A stretch of DNA of 64,000 bases from an uncultured Acidobacteriota bacterium (GCA_963770895.1 CAVYRF010000002.1:960001-1024000), one strand, 5' to 3'. Positions 10,453 through 21,688 are shown, counted from the stretch's first letter. Numbers and translations: made by a program. The notes: generated from the sequence alone by a model not told the origin.

Positions 10453-11952
10453 ATGCCGCAACCCGCTCTGACGCAGCTGGACGACATCCTGACGCGGCTC
10501 GACCGGCTGATCGCCGGTTCCCCCGCCGACAGCACCGAAGCCGCCTGGATCGAGGTGCGCCGCGCCGCAGGATCGAACGGCAACGGCAGCGCGGCAGCGG
10601 CCGGCAGCAGTCCCGCGGCACCGCGCGAGCGCACCCTGCTGATTCGTGTGCGCCAGAGCGGCCGCACCGGCCTCCACCGCACCGGCGCCGGCGATCCGTC
10701 GGAACTGGAAAACGCCCTGCGCGACGCCCTGGCCCAGGCCCGGCTGGCGGCGCCCACCCCCGCCGAGCCGCTGGCCGGCGCCGCCGAACCCGCGACGCGC
10801 CCCGACGGCCGCGCCCCCGAAGAGCCGGCGACGCTCTACGACCCCGAAATCGCCGAGCTCGCCCCCGCCCGCGCCCGCGAGCTGCTGGACAGCCGTGCCG
10901 AGCGCGGCGAAGACCTGCACCTGGGCTGGCTGGAAGGCCGCGTCGCGGTCGCCAACAGCGCCGGCCTGCGGCGCGCCGTGCGGGTCACCGCGGTCACCAT
11001 GACCGCCAGCTGCGGCCAGGGCCCCGGCGCCGGGCGAGCGGCCGGCGCCGCCAGGAGGCTGCAACACCTGGGCGCCGCCACCCTCCTGGACCGAGCGCGG
11101 CGCCGCCACCCCCCCGCCGGCGCCGTCGCCGAATCGCTAGCCTCAGGCGCGCCCGCAACCTGGGCTGCCACAATGGCAGAGGCCGCGGCGCCAACGCCAG
11201 CGGAATCGCCGGCGGCAGCGGAGGCAGAAGCGCTGGAGCAAGCGGCGATCGCGCTGGAACGGCCGCAGGGCCCGGCGATGGTCCTGTCCGAGCAGGCCAC
11301 CGCCGCCCTGCTCGACCTGCTCAACCGCCACGCGCTGGCCGCCGCCGCCTACCGCGACCCCGCCGGATGGCTGCACGGCAAGCTGGGCCAGGCCCTGTTC
11401 GCCCCCTGCCTCCACCTGCGCGACGACGCCACCGATCCCGCGACGCTCGCCTTCCCCTTCGACCTTGCCGGCTGGGCCAAGCGCCCGGTGGACATGATCG
11501 TCGCCGGCACCCTGGTCAGCCCCGCGATCGACCCCGCCCTGGGCCGCGAGCTGGGACGCTCCCCCACTCCCCACGCCATGGCCTCCGACGAGTCGATCGC
11601 CACCAACCTGCTGGTCCTCCCCGCCGCCGGCGCCGGGTTCGCCGAAGACGACCTGCTGCGCCAGGCCGAAGGCGGCCTCTGGATCGCCGCCCTCACCAAC
11701 CTGCACTGCTTCGACGCCCGCAACCTCCGCTTCCGCGCCATCGCCCGCGGCGTCCGCCGCATCCAGGCCGGCGCCCGCACCGCCCCCCTCCCCGACCTCC
11801 TATGGGAAGACCACCTGCCCGCCGTCCTGCGTCACATCCAAGCGCTGGGCAGCCACCCCGTAGCCATCGCCACCCAGGACCCCCTCTTCGGCGCCATCGT
11901 CGCCCCCCTAACCCTCCTCCACCCCACCCACCCCCCCACCGCCGTCCCCTGA
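10453..11952 (+). CDS. TldD/PmbA family protein (PmbA/TldE-like, no HExxxH)
   Basis: 'VAVANSAGL', 'LHLRDDATDP...FPFDLAGWAKRPVDMIVAG', 'TNLLVLP', 'LHCFDARNLRF'; no zinc motif seen. Confidence 0.8.
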   Translation: MPQPALTQLDDILTRLDRLIAGSPADSTEAAWIEVRRAAGSNGNGSAAAAGSSPAAPRERTLLIRVRQSGRTGLHRTGAGDPSELENALRDALAQARLAAPTPAEPLAGAAEPATRPDGRAPEEPATLYDPEIAELAPARARELLDSRAERGEDLHLGWLEGRVAVANSAGLRRAVRVTAVTMTASCGQGPGAGRAAGAARRLQHLGAATLLDRARRRHPPAGAVAESLASGAPATWAATMAEAAAPTPAESPAAAEAEALEQAAIALERPQGPAMVLSEQATAALLDLLNRHALAAAAYRDPAGWLHGKLGQALFAPCLHLRDDATDPATLAFPFDLAGWAKRPVDMIVAGTLVSPAIDPALGRELGRSPTPHAMASDESIATNLLVLPAAGAGFAEDDLLRQAEGGLWIAALTNLHCFDARNLRFRAIARGVRRIQAGARTAPLPDLLWEDHLPAVLRHIQALGSHPVAIATQDPLFGAIVAPLTLLHPTHPPTAVP

Positions 11953-12255
11953 CCCCAATCCACCGCGGTCAAGGCTCGCCCAGCAGCCGCGTAGGGAGCT
12001 CTCCATTGCGATCCAGGCCCCGTGGCCGCGGTCGCGATCCTGGCGGATCAGAATCGCGCTATCCACAGCGTTGCGCCCGCGGGTCGAACTGCGCAGCGCC
12101 GCCGCCCGCTGCCAGAAATCCGGACCCGCCGCCCCCAGAGCCCGCTCAAGAATCACACGATGCTCCGCCTCCGCCGATCGCCCATTCTCCGCCGCCCGGA
12201 CCTTCAACCGCCTGACCAGCTCAGGGTCAAGATTGCGCACCGTCAGCCGTGCCAC
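11908..12255 (-). CDS. FitA-like ribbon-helix-helix antitoxin, orphan, 3' end runs into the tldE-like gene
   Basis: GTG start at 12255: 'MARLTVRNLDPELVRRLKVRAAENGRSAEAEHRVILERAL...SAILIRQDRDR'; no PIN toxin follows. Confidence 0.85.
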   Translation of the reverse strand: MARLTVRNLDPELVRRLKVRAAENGRSAEAEHRVILERALGAAGPDFWQRAAALRSSTRGRNAVDSAILIRQDRDRGHGAWIAMESSLRGCWASLDRGGLGSGDGGGGVGGVEEG

Positions 12256-12530
12256 AGGAGCGCCCCTTCTCGCCAACAAGGCCTTCATTGACAGCAATGC
12301 CATCACTCTTTGTGAGGCACCAAGCCGCCAGAATTGATGCCGCCGGACCGCGCGGGCGCGGGGGTTTCCGTACGGCGACCACATCATGTGGCGCAAAGAC
12401 CAAGAAATTCACTCCAGCGCTACGTCTGAAGGTACCGAGAGCGACTGCCGAACCCCACCCGGCAGGTTCTGTTATTATCGATGAAGACATAGAAATGCGA
12501 AGTAATCCGAGGCATGGAGGGATCACCCTG

Positions 12531-12947
12531 ATGACGGATCTCAGTGCGCGAACATGGTTTGGTCGCGAGCGCCGAACTCACTTCGGGGTTTGTAGCTGCC
12601 TTTATTGGGCGCTCATGCTGGTCGCCTCATACGGAATGGCTCGGGCCGACACACCAGCGAAAAACGACGCTACGATACCGGCCCTCTCCTCGGCCATCGA
12701 CCTACAGCCTGCTCCACAGACCATCGTATTCGGAGCGGGGGGAGCGGCCAACACCTGCACGGACGGCAAACAGCATCTCCGGAAAGCGTCCGTCTGTACC
12801 GAACCGGTATCGCCAGCAGATGGCTGTACCAACCAGTGCCGCTCCTACATCTATGATCGCGTGTTTTGTGTTGTCTGCTGCGACTGCTGCACCGTTGCGA
12901 CCCTTCCTCCCTCCTGCTCGTGCTCGTCCGACTGCATAACAGATTGA
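12531..12947 (+). CDS. Exported cysteine-rich small protein (138 aa)
   Basis: GGAGG at 12516-12520, ATG at 12531; signal-like 'LYWALMLVASYGMARA', spacer ending 'PAPQTIVFGAGGAA', C-terminal ~63 aa with 12 Cys. Confidence 0.7.
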   Translation: MTDLSARTWFGRERRTHFGVCSCLYWALMLVASYGMARADTPAKNDATIPALSSAIDLQPAPQTIVFGAGGAANTCTDGKQHLRKASVCTEPVSPADGCTNQCRSYIYDRVFCVVCCDCCTVATLPPSCSCSSDCITD

Positions 12948-12960
12948 ATAGGACTAAGGT

Positions 12961-14109
12961 ATGCATATGCGCACCACGGCTGTCTGCATCTCAGCGTTCC
13001 TTGGGTTGTCCGTAGGAGCCCTTTCGCAGGCGCCGGTGGCGCAGAGTGCGGGTTACGCGAAGATCCGCTTGATCAGGGTTGGTGCGCCGCCGCTCGACAA
13101 GGCGGAGACGACGCAGTTTCTGGCGGCGAATGCGAAGGGCCATCCTTTGCTGTTGCGGGGGGATACGTTCGAAGTGTTCAGCCAGGGCGCGGATGGGGAA
13201 TTCGATCACCGCCATGGCGTGCTGGCCTGCGATCACTTCGATGCCCCGGCGTATGCCGCGGCAATGGACCCGGTGAGCCAGACCTGGGTGGTGGGGTCGA
13301 TGCAGGAGGTGGCGCTGTGCGACTTCTCGCGGCAGGAGCGCCCGCAGGGACTGCACTGGACGGTGTCGTCGCTGGCTTATGGGGCGTCGGGTCCGTTGGT
13401 GGGGGTCACATCGCTGGGTCCTCGGCCGGACGCCGCGGCGGATCGCTTCCAGAAGACCATACCGCGGGTGTTCGGCATCACGGACGGACGCTGGCAGCCG
13501 ATTGCCTGGGCGCCCGTCGAGCGGCTCAAGGAATTACCGCCCAACCCCATCGAGATCCTGCTGCAGGGCAAAGCCAGCAGCGACGCCCTGCTTTGCTCCG
13601 GGCCGAAGAGCGCCTTGTGGACCGCCGCCTGGAACAGCTACCGCCTGCAGAAGCTCTCCTCTTCCGCAAAACCCGATCGCGAGATCGTGGTCGGCACCGG
13701 CGAGGTGGAATGGCAGAAGCTCGATGCCAAGGAGCAGGCGCAGGAGGCGCGCGTCAGCGCGGCGCAGGGAGCCAACGGCGCCCTGCCGCCCTCCGCGGCG
13801 GGCGTGCCCCGCGGCGTCGTGCGGGCGCTGGTGTGCAGCCGGGACGGAGATCTCTACCTGGTGGTGTCGACTTCCGAAGGGCTGGCCCTCGATCGCTTCA
13901 ATCCCTCGCAGAACCTGCTGGAGCGGGTGATGCTCGAGGGGGCGACGGTCTCATCCGGCCCGATGACGGCGGTGCTGACCGGCGACCAGCTCTGGCTGGG
14001 CGGCCGGCTGGCAGCCGACGGACTGTGGCGAATTCCGACGGAAACCCTCGCCAACGCCCACTGGAAGCCCGTCAAGAACGCCTTTGCAGACGGCAAGCCC
14101 CTGAGCTGA
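12961..14109 (+). CDS. Exported hypothetical protein, probable beta-propeller
   Basis: Signal peptide 'MRTTAVCISAFLGLSVGALSQA'; repeated blade-like strands ('AAAMDPVSQTWVVG', 'SSLAYGASGPLVG', 'ALVCSRDGDLYLVV', 'AVLTGDQLWLG'). Fold is inferred. Confidence 0.7.
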   Translation: MHMRTTAVCISAFLGLSVGALSQAPVAQSAGYAKIRLIRVGAPPLDKAETTQFLAANAKGHPLLLRGDTFEVFSQGADGEFDHRHGVLACDHFDAPAYAAAMDPVSQTWVVGSMQEVALCDFSRQERPQGLHWTVSSLAYGASGPLVGVTSLGPRPDAAADRFQKTIPRVFGITDGRWQPIAWAPVERLKELPPNPIEILLQGKASSDALLCSGPKSALWTAAWNSYRLQKLSSSAKPDREIVVGTGEVEWQKLDAKEQAQEARVSAAQGANGALPPSAAGVPRGVVRALVCSRDGDLYLVVSTSEGLALDRFNPSQNLLERVMLEGATVSSGPMTAVLTGDQLWLGGRLAADGLWRIPTETLANAHWKPVKNAFADGKPLS

Positions 14110-14218
14110 GGGACAGGAGCCGCTGCTGTCGAATCAAAGACGCGGCGACGCCAGACCCCGACAAGGCTCCGAGATGGATCAAACGCTGCGCGCCGATGGC
14201 CCGCGGGCGGCGCCGGGG

Positions 14219-16036
14219 TCAGGCGGGATTGCGGCGGAGCAGGACGACGGTCTGGTCGTCGCCTTGGGGGAGGCCGGCGGAGAAGGCGGCGGTGGCGGCT
14301 TGGATGGCGTCCAGGATGTGTTGCAGGGGGCGGTCGCTGTGCTCTTGCAGCACGGCGAGCAGGCGCGCGGTGCCGAACTCTTCTTCGGCGGCGGATTCGG
14401 CTTCGGTGATGCCGTCGCTGTAGATGCACAGCAGGTCGCCGGGCTGCAGGTCGACGGCGCGGGTGGTGAAGCGGCTGCCGGGCAGGACGCCGATGGGCAG
14501 GCCGGTGGAGCCCAGCTGTTCGTGCCCGCCGCTCTCCGCCGCTCCCGCTCCCGCCCCCGCTCCGGCGCCGTCACCCTGGCCGGCTCCAGGCCCGGCGGCG
14601 GGGTGGCGGTGCAGCAGCAGGGCGGGGTTGTGGCCGGCGTTGAGGTAGGTCAGCGAGCCGCTTGCGGGGTCCAGGTCGGCCAGCAGCAGGGTGATGAACT
14701 TGTTGGAGGCGCTCGATTCCAGGACGTGGCGGTTGAGGCGTTCGAAGAGCTCGGGGCCGAAGCCGGCCTGGTCGAGCAGCAGGTGGAGCGCCGAATGCAG
14801 GGTGGACACCATCAGTGCGGCGGGCATGCCCTTGCCGGAAACGTCTCCCACCACCAGGCCGACGCGGCCGTTCTGGCGCACGAAGAGGTCGTAGTAGTCG
14901 CCGCCGATCTGGCGCGCGGGGCGGTTCCAGCCGAGCAGCTCGTAACCGGCGACCTGCGGCGCTTCGCGCGGCAGGATGCGGCGCTGGATGTCGGCGGCAA
15001 GGTGCATCTCGCGCTCGAGGCGCTCCTGCTCCAGGGCCTGCAGGTGGAGGCGGGCATTTTCCAGCGCGATGGCGGCCTGGTTGGCAAACAGACCCAGGGT
15101 GCGCAGGTCGGAGGACGGGAAGGGGCCGACGCCGCGGCGGCTCTCCTTGTCCCCCACCGCCAGCAGGCCGCGCGGGCTGCCTTCGATGTCGATCGGCACG
15201 CCCATCAGGTAGCGGGCGCCGGGCAGCAGCTCGGCCGGAGCGGCACCGCTGCCGGCAAGGAACAGCAGCAGCTCGGTATTGGCGCTGTCGAACCAGGGCG
15301 CGGCGTCGCCGCCGAAGGTGCGCTGCAGGCGATAGCGGCCGTTTTCGACGATGTACAGGGCGCCGCGCCGCGCGTCGAGCAGCGACACGGCGCGCAGCAG
15401 GATCTCTTCGCTGAGCTTTTCCAGGTCCAGGGTGGCGGCGACCGCCAGGCCCACGTCGTAGAGCGATTCCAGCTCGACGACGCGGTAGTTGACCTGGAAC
15501 TGCTGGTCCTTCAGCTCCTGGCGCAACCGCATCACCTTGAGCGCCGATCCCAGCAGCGCCGCGACGGCGAGCGGCAGCGGCGTCGCGCCGTCGTCAGCCC
15601 CGGCCGCCGCCGCGCCGGCCGCGGCCCCGGCGCCGTCCAGCGCGTGCTGCGGGGCATACAGCAGGCCCCCGGGAAGGTGCAGCAGCACGTCGGCCGGATC
15701 GGCCGCCGCCGGGTCGAGCACCTTCGGCAGCGCCCGCCGCTGATCGCCGGCGGAGGTCAGCGGCGGCGGCGAAGCCGGCGCCGCGGCATGCGACGCCGGG
15801 GTCAGCGGGATCAGCGGGGTCACCAGCTCCAGCTGGTGGCGGCCTTCCCGTTCTACGTAGAGGGCGGCGCAGGAGGCGCCGTTGGCGTCGCGCCAGAACG
15901 CCAGCAGGCGCTCGACCACGGCCCGCTCGCCCAGCTCGTCCTGCGACAGCACCAGCAGCTCGCGCCAGGTGTCCGGCGCCAGCCACGCTCCCGGCGAAGC
16001 GGCCACCGCGGCCGCCTCAAGCCGAGAGCCCGGCAA
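14219..16036 (-). CDS. GAF + SpoIIE/PP2C serine phosphatase (RsbU-like)
   Basis: PP2C motifs 'IGGDYYD', 'VGDVSGKGMPAALM', 'YLNAGHNP', 'YSDGITEA', 'GDDQTVV'; GAF ending 'FANQAAIALENARL'. Confidence 0.93.
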   Translation of the reverse strand: MPGSRLEAAAVAASPGAWLAPDTWRELLVLSQDELGERAVVERLLAFWRDANGASCAALYVEREGRHQLELVTPLIPLTPASHAAAPASPPPLTSAGDQRRALPKVLDPAAADPADVLLHLPGGLLYAPQHALDGAGAAAGAAAAGADDGATPLPLAVAALLGSALKVMRLRQELKDQQFQVNYRVVELESLYDVGLAVAATLDLEKLSEEILLRAVSLLDARRGALYIVENGRYRLQRTFGGDAAPWFDSANTELLLFLAGSGAAPAELLPGARYLMGVPIDIEGSPRGLLAVGDKESRRGVGPFPSSDLRTLGLFANQAAIALENARLHLQALEQERLEREMHLAADIQRRILPREAPQVAGYELLGWNRPARQIGGDYYDLFVRQNGRVGLVVGDVSGKGMPAALMVSTLHSALHLLLDQAGFGPELFERLNRHVLESSASNKFITLLLADLDPASGSLTYLNAGHNPALLLHRHPAAGPGAGQGDGAGAGAGAGAAESGGHEQLGSTGLPIGVLPGSRFTTRAVDLQPGDLLCIYSDGITEAESAAEEEFGTARLLAVLQEHSDRPLQHILDAIQAATAAFSAGLPQGDDQTVVLLRRNPA

Positions 16037-16385
16037 TCGCGCTCTCCTCGCTGGCGAAGATGGGCGCGTACTGCGCGAGACCCATGATGTGGAAGGTCTT
16101 TTCGATGGTGGCGGTCAGGCAGCAGAAGCCCAGCTTGCCTTCGATCTCGATCATCTTTTCGATGATCTCGATCAGGATGGAAATGCCGATGGAGTTGACG
16201 ATCTTGGTGCCCGCGAGGTTGAGCAGCAGGACCTTGAAGCCCTCATCGATCAACTTGTAGGCGGCGCGCGCGATCTCTTCGCCGCCCTGGTTGTTGATGT
16301 AACCCTCGGTATAGATCACCGCCAGGCCGGCGCGGCGGTCCACGGTCAGATTCAGGCTTTCGGTCATCGACATCCCCGCTTTCAA
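16017..16385 (-). CDS. STAS-domain anti-sigma-factor antagonist (RsbV-like)
   Basis: About 120 aa STAS fold with 'LLNLAGTKIVNSIGISILI' (phospho-acceptor Ser) and 'KTFHIMGL'. Confidence 0.92.
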   Translation of the reverse strand: MKAGMSMTESLNLTVDRRAGLAVIYTEGYINNQGGEEIARAAYKLIDEGFKVLLLNLAGTKIVNSIGISILIEIIEKMIEIEGKLGFCCLTATIEKTFHIMGLAQYAPIFASEESAIAGLSA

Positions 16386-16819
16386 CGCAGCTTGCTCATC
16401 ACGACGATCGTGCCTTCGGCTCCGGAATGGATCTCCACTTCGTCCATCAGGCCGCGGATGATCTTGAGGCCCCAGCCCCGCTTGCGGCTGGCCTTCAGCT
16501 TATCCTCGATACGGGGTTCGGCCATATGCGTGGACTCGAAGCCGACTCCGGTATCCCGCACCGTGATGCGCAACTTTTCGGGAAGGTCTTTGTCGCCGAG
16601 GACCTGGAAGGTTACGTAGACTTCCCGCTCGCGCGCGTGGCTGTGTTCGATCGCGTTGATGCAGGCCTCAACCACCGCCATCTGCACCTCGCCGATCCGA
16701 TCGGGGCTCATCCGCATCGATTCGGCGACAGCAGTCGCCGTCTTGCCCGCCTCGATCTCGATCTCGGGCACCATCGGCAGCGCCAGCGTGACCTCCCTCA
16801 GCACAACGTCACCAGCCAT
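16382..16819 (-). CDS. Anti-sigma-factor Ser kinase (RsbW-like, HATPase_c_2)
   Basis: Start MAGDVVLREV; 'MAVVEACINAIEH', 'VRDTGVGF', 'RGWGLKIIRGLMDEV'. Confidence 0.93.
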   Translation of the reverse strand: MAGDVVLREVTLALPMVPEIEIEAGKTATAVAESMRMSPDRIGEVQMAVVEACINAIEHSHAREREVYVTFQVLGDKDLPEKLRITVRDTGVGFESTHMAEPRIEDKLKASRKRGWGLKIIRGLMDEVEIHSGAEGTIVVMSKLR

Positions 16820-16848
16820 GTCCGTGCAGTAGCGAGTGAGAATCGCCT

Positions 16849-17007
16849 TCAGAAGGACAGGTAGAGCTGCAGAGCGTAGACCACGATGGGATGCACCAGT
16901 CCGTGTGCCAGCAGCCAGCCGAAGCTGGTCAAGGTTGCAGCGGACAGTAGCACCTTCACCGGCACCTGGGGAACGGCGGTCACGTACCTGCGGACCAGAT
17001 CGGGCAT
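16849..17007 (-). CDS. Small hydrophobic membrane peptide (52 aa)
   Basis: GAGGAG 7 nt before ATG at 17007; MPDLVRRYVTAVPQVPVKVLLSAATLTSFGWLLAHGLVHPIVVYALQLYLSF; lies between a sigma-54 promoter and rsbW. Confidence 0.7.
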   Translation of the reverse strand: MPDLVRRYVTAVPQVPVKVLLSAATLTSFGWLLAHGLVHPIVVYALQLYLSF

Positions 17008-17040
17008 TCGAGTTCTCCTCATCCTCGTCACCCTCCTGTC

Positions 17041-17055
17041 GCAAGCCCCCTGCCA
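17041..17055 (-). promoter_or_regulatory. Sigma-54 (-24/-12) promoter
   Basis: Minus strand TGGCAGGGGGCTTGC (GG-N10-GC; consensus TGGCAC-N5-TTGC), about 35 nt upstream of the small-peptide start. Confidence 0.8.
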
Positions 17056-17095
17056 GATCCGCCGCACCGCCGCCCCCCTCCGGCAAGCCATTTGT

Positions 17096-17108
17096 TATCA
17101 GCGCTTTG
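17096..17108 (+). promoter_or_regulatory. IHF binding site
   Basis: TATCAGCGCTTTG matches WATCARNNNNTTR and lies between the UAS repeats and the sigma-54 promoter. Confidence 0.65.
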
Positions 17109-17128
17109 ACACGCAATCCCCAGCCATC

Positions 17129-17250
17129 TCGACAGATTGTCCCAGGCAGCCGCGCGACAAAATGACCCAAGTTGCCCCGCCCCCCATACGCAGCCGCGGA
17201 TGGAGGCGTCCATTCAGCCCCTGAAAATGGCATGTGGGTCAAAATGTCCC
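17129..17250. promoter_or_regulatory. Three palindromic bEBP upstream activating sequences (GGGACA-N3-TGTCCC-like)
   Basis: tcgaca-gat-tgtccc (17129-17143), gcgaca-aaa-tgaccc (17154-17168), gggtca-aaa-tgtccc (17236-17250). Confidence 0.7.
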
Positions 17251-17289
17251 CGATTGCACCAGGAAGTCGCAGATGATTGAAGCGGACGT

Positions 17290-18762
17290 TCAAAAACCCT
17301 TGCGCTGGAGGGTTTTGCGATCGACGCCCAGGATCTTGGCGGCCTCGCTCTTGTTGCCGCCGGTCAGTTTGAGCACGCGGCTGATGTGGCGGCGTTCCAT
17401 GGCGCCCATGTCGAGCGGCTCCGGCGCCTGCTGCAACGGGGTGCCTAGCAGCGACCGGATGAGGTCGGCGTCGATCTCGCGGTCGGCCAGCGACACCGCG
17501 CCCTCCACCAGGTTTTGCAGCTCGCGCACGTTGCCGGGGAAGTCGTGGGCGATCAGCAGAGCCAGCGCTTCGGGGCGCAGCTGCGGCACCGGAATGCCCT
17601 CCCGCCGGCAGAACTCCTCGACGAAGGTGCGCACGAAGTGCGGGATGTCCTGCCGCCGCTCGCGCAGCGCCGGCAGCTCCAGCTCGACGCCCTTCAACCG
17701 GTAGTAGAGGTCTTCGCGAAACCGCCCCTCGCGCACCAGCGCTTCGATGTCCTGGTGGGTGGCGGCGACCAGCCGCACGTCCACCGGGATCGGCCGCCGC
17801 CCGCCGAGCCGCACCACCTCCCGCTCCTGCAGGGCGCGCAGGAGCTTGACCTGCAGCGAGGTCTGCATGTCGCCGATCTCGTCGAGCAGCAGGGTGCCAT
17901 GGTCCGCCAGCTCGAACTTGCCCGGCCGCGCCTGCACGCCGGTCGCCACCCCGCCCTCGATGCCGAACAGCTCGCTTTCCAGGAGCGATTCCGGCAGCGC
18001 CGCGCAGTTGACTGCGATCAGCGCCCCTTCGCGCCGCGAACGCAGGTGCAGGAGCTTGGCGATCAGCTCCTTGCCGGTGCCGCTTTCGCCCCGCACCAGG
18101 ACGTTGACGCTGCGCGGCGCCACCCGCTCGACGACCTCCAGCACGCGCCGCATCGGCGGCGCCGAAGCGACGATGCGCCGCCCCGCCACCTCGTCGGCCA
18201 GGAACCCTTTGAGCGTCTTGTTCTCTTCTTCGAGGCGCTCGCGCTGCGCCTCCAGCCGCTCGACCTGGCGCGCGGCGTCCAGGGCGACGCCTGCCAGCGC
18301 CGCCACCGAATCCAGGAACCGGCGGTCGTCGGCGGTGAACGCGGCGTCGGCGTCGCCGCGCACCTCCTTGTCGAGCACCGCGAGGTACCCCAGGTAGACG
18401 CCGCGGTAGGCCAGCGGCGTCGCCACCAGGTGCTGGTAGGCCCGCCCGGCCAGCGCTCCCGCGGCGCGCGCCAGCTGCCGCCCTTCGCTGAGCAGCTCGC
18501 GCCACAGCGGCGCCCCGAGCAGCGTCGCGCCGTCCGGCGTGGCGTCGGTCCAGCCGACCACCGCCACCCCGCGCGCGCCGCCGTAGCCGTCGCGCGTCAC
18601 CGCCACCGCCGCCGCCGGATCGAGCACCGCGCAGACGCGGCCCAGCAGCTCTTCGACCAGCTCCTGCTCGGCGCGCTGCGAGTGCAGGGCCAGGGCGAGG
18701 TCGTACAGCGTCTCCAGCTGGAGGATGCGCCGCTTTTCGATCAGGCTGACTTCGCTGCGCAC
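17290..18762 (-). CDS. GAF-domain sigma-54 enhancer-binding protein (GAF-AAA+-Fis HTH)
   Basis: 'VLVRGESGTGKEL', 'VNCAALPESLLESELFG', GVATGV in place of GAFTGA, 'LLDEIGDM', 'FREDLYYRL', 'FPGNVRELQN', HTH 'GNKSEAAKILGVDRKTL'. Start uncertain (GTG at 18762 chosen). Confidence 0.93.
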   Translation of the reverse strand: MRSEVSLIEKRRILQLETLYDLALALHSQRAEQELVEELLGRVCAVLDPAAAVAVTRDGYGGARGVAVVGWTDATPDGATLLGAPLWRELLSEGRQLARAAGALAGRAYQHLVATPLAYRGVYLGYLAVLDKEVRGDADAAFTADDRRFLDSVAALAGVALDAARQVERLEAQRERLEEENKTLKGFLADEVAGRRIVASAPPMRRVLEVVERVAPRSVNVLVRGESGTGKELIAKLLHLRSRREGALIAVNCAALPESLLESELFGIEGGVATGVQARPGKFELADHGTLLLDEIGDMQTSLQVKLLRALQEREVVRLGGRRPIPVDVRLVAATHQDIEALVREGRFREDLYYRLKGVELELPALRERRQDIPHFVRTFVEEFCRREGIPVPQLRPEALALLIAHDFPGNVRELQNLVEGAVSLADREIDADLIRSLLGTPLQQAPEPLDMGAMERRHISRVLKLTGGNKSEAAKILGVDRKTLQRKGF

Positions 18763-18829
18763 GCTCAGGAGCCCCGTGCCTTTCCCGGCGAATCGACTGC
18801 CGCCGCTGCCGCCGCTGCCGCCGCCCCGC

Positions 18830-21688
<2,859 letters not shown>

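Noticed and set aside
11945-11957. Identical 13-mer TCCCCTGACCCCA at the left border of both islands (also 48989-49001), a possible att site
   Set aside because: It is Pro-codon + TGA in C-rich context; CCTGACCC follows other stops too (rsbU, dsbD), there is no matching right-border copy and no integrase.
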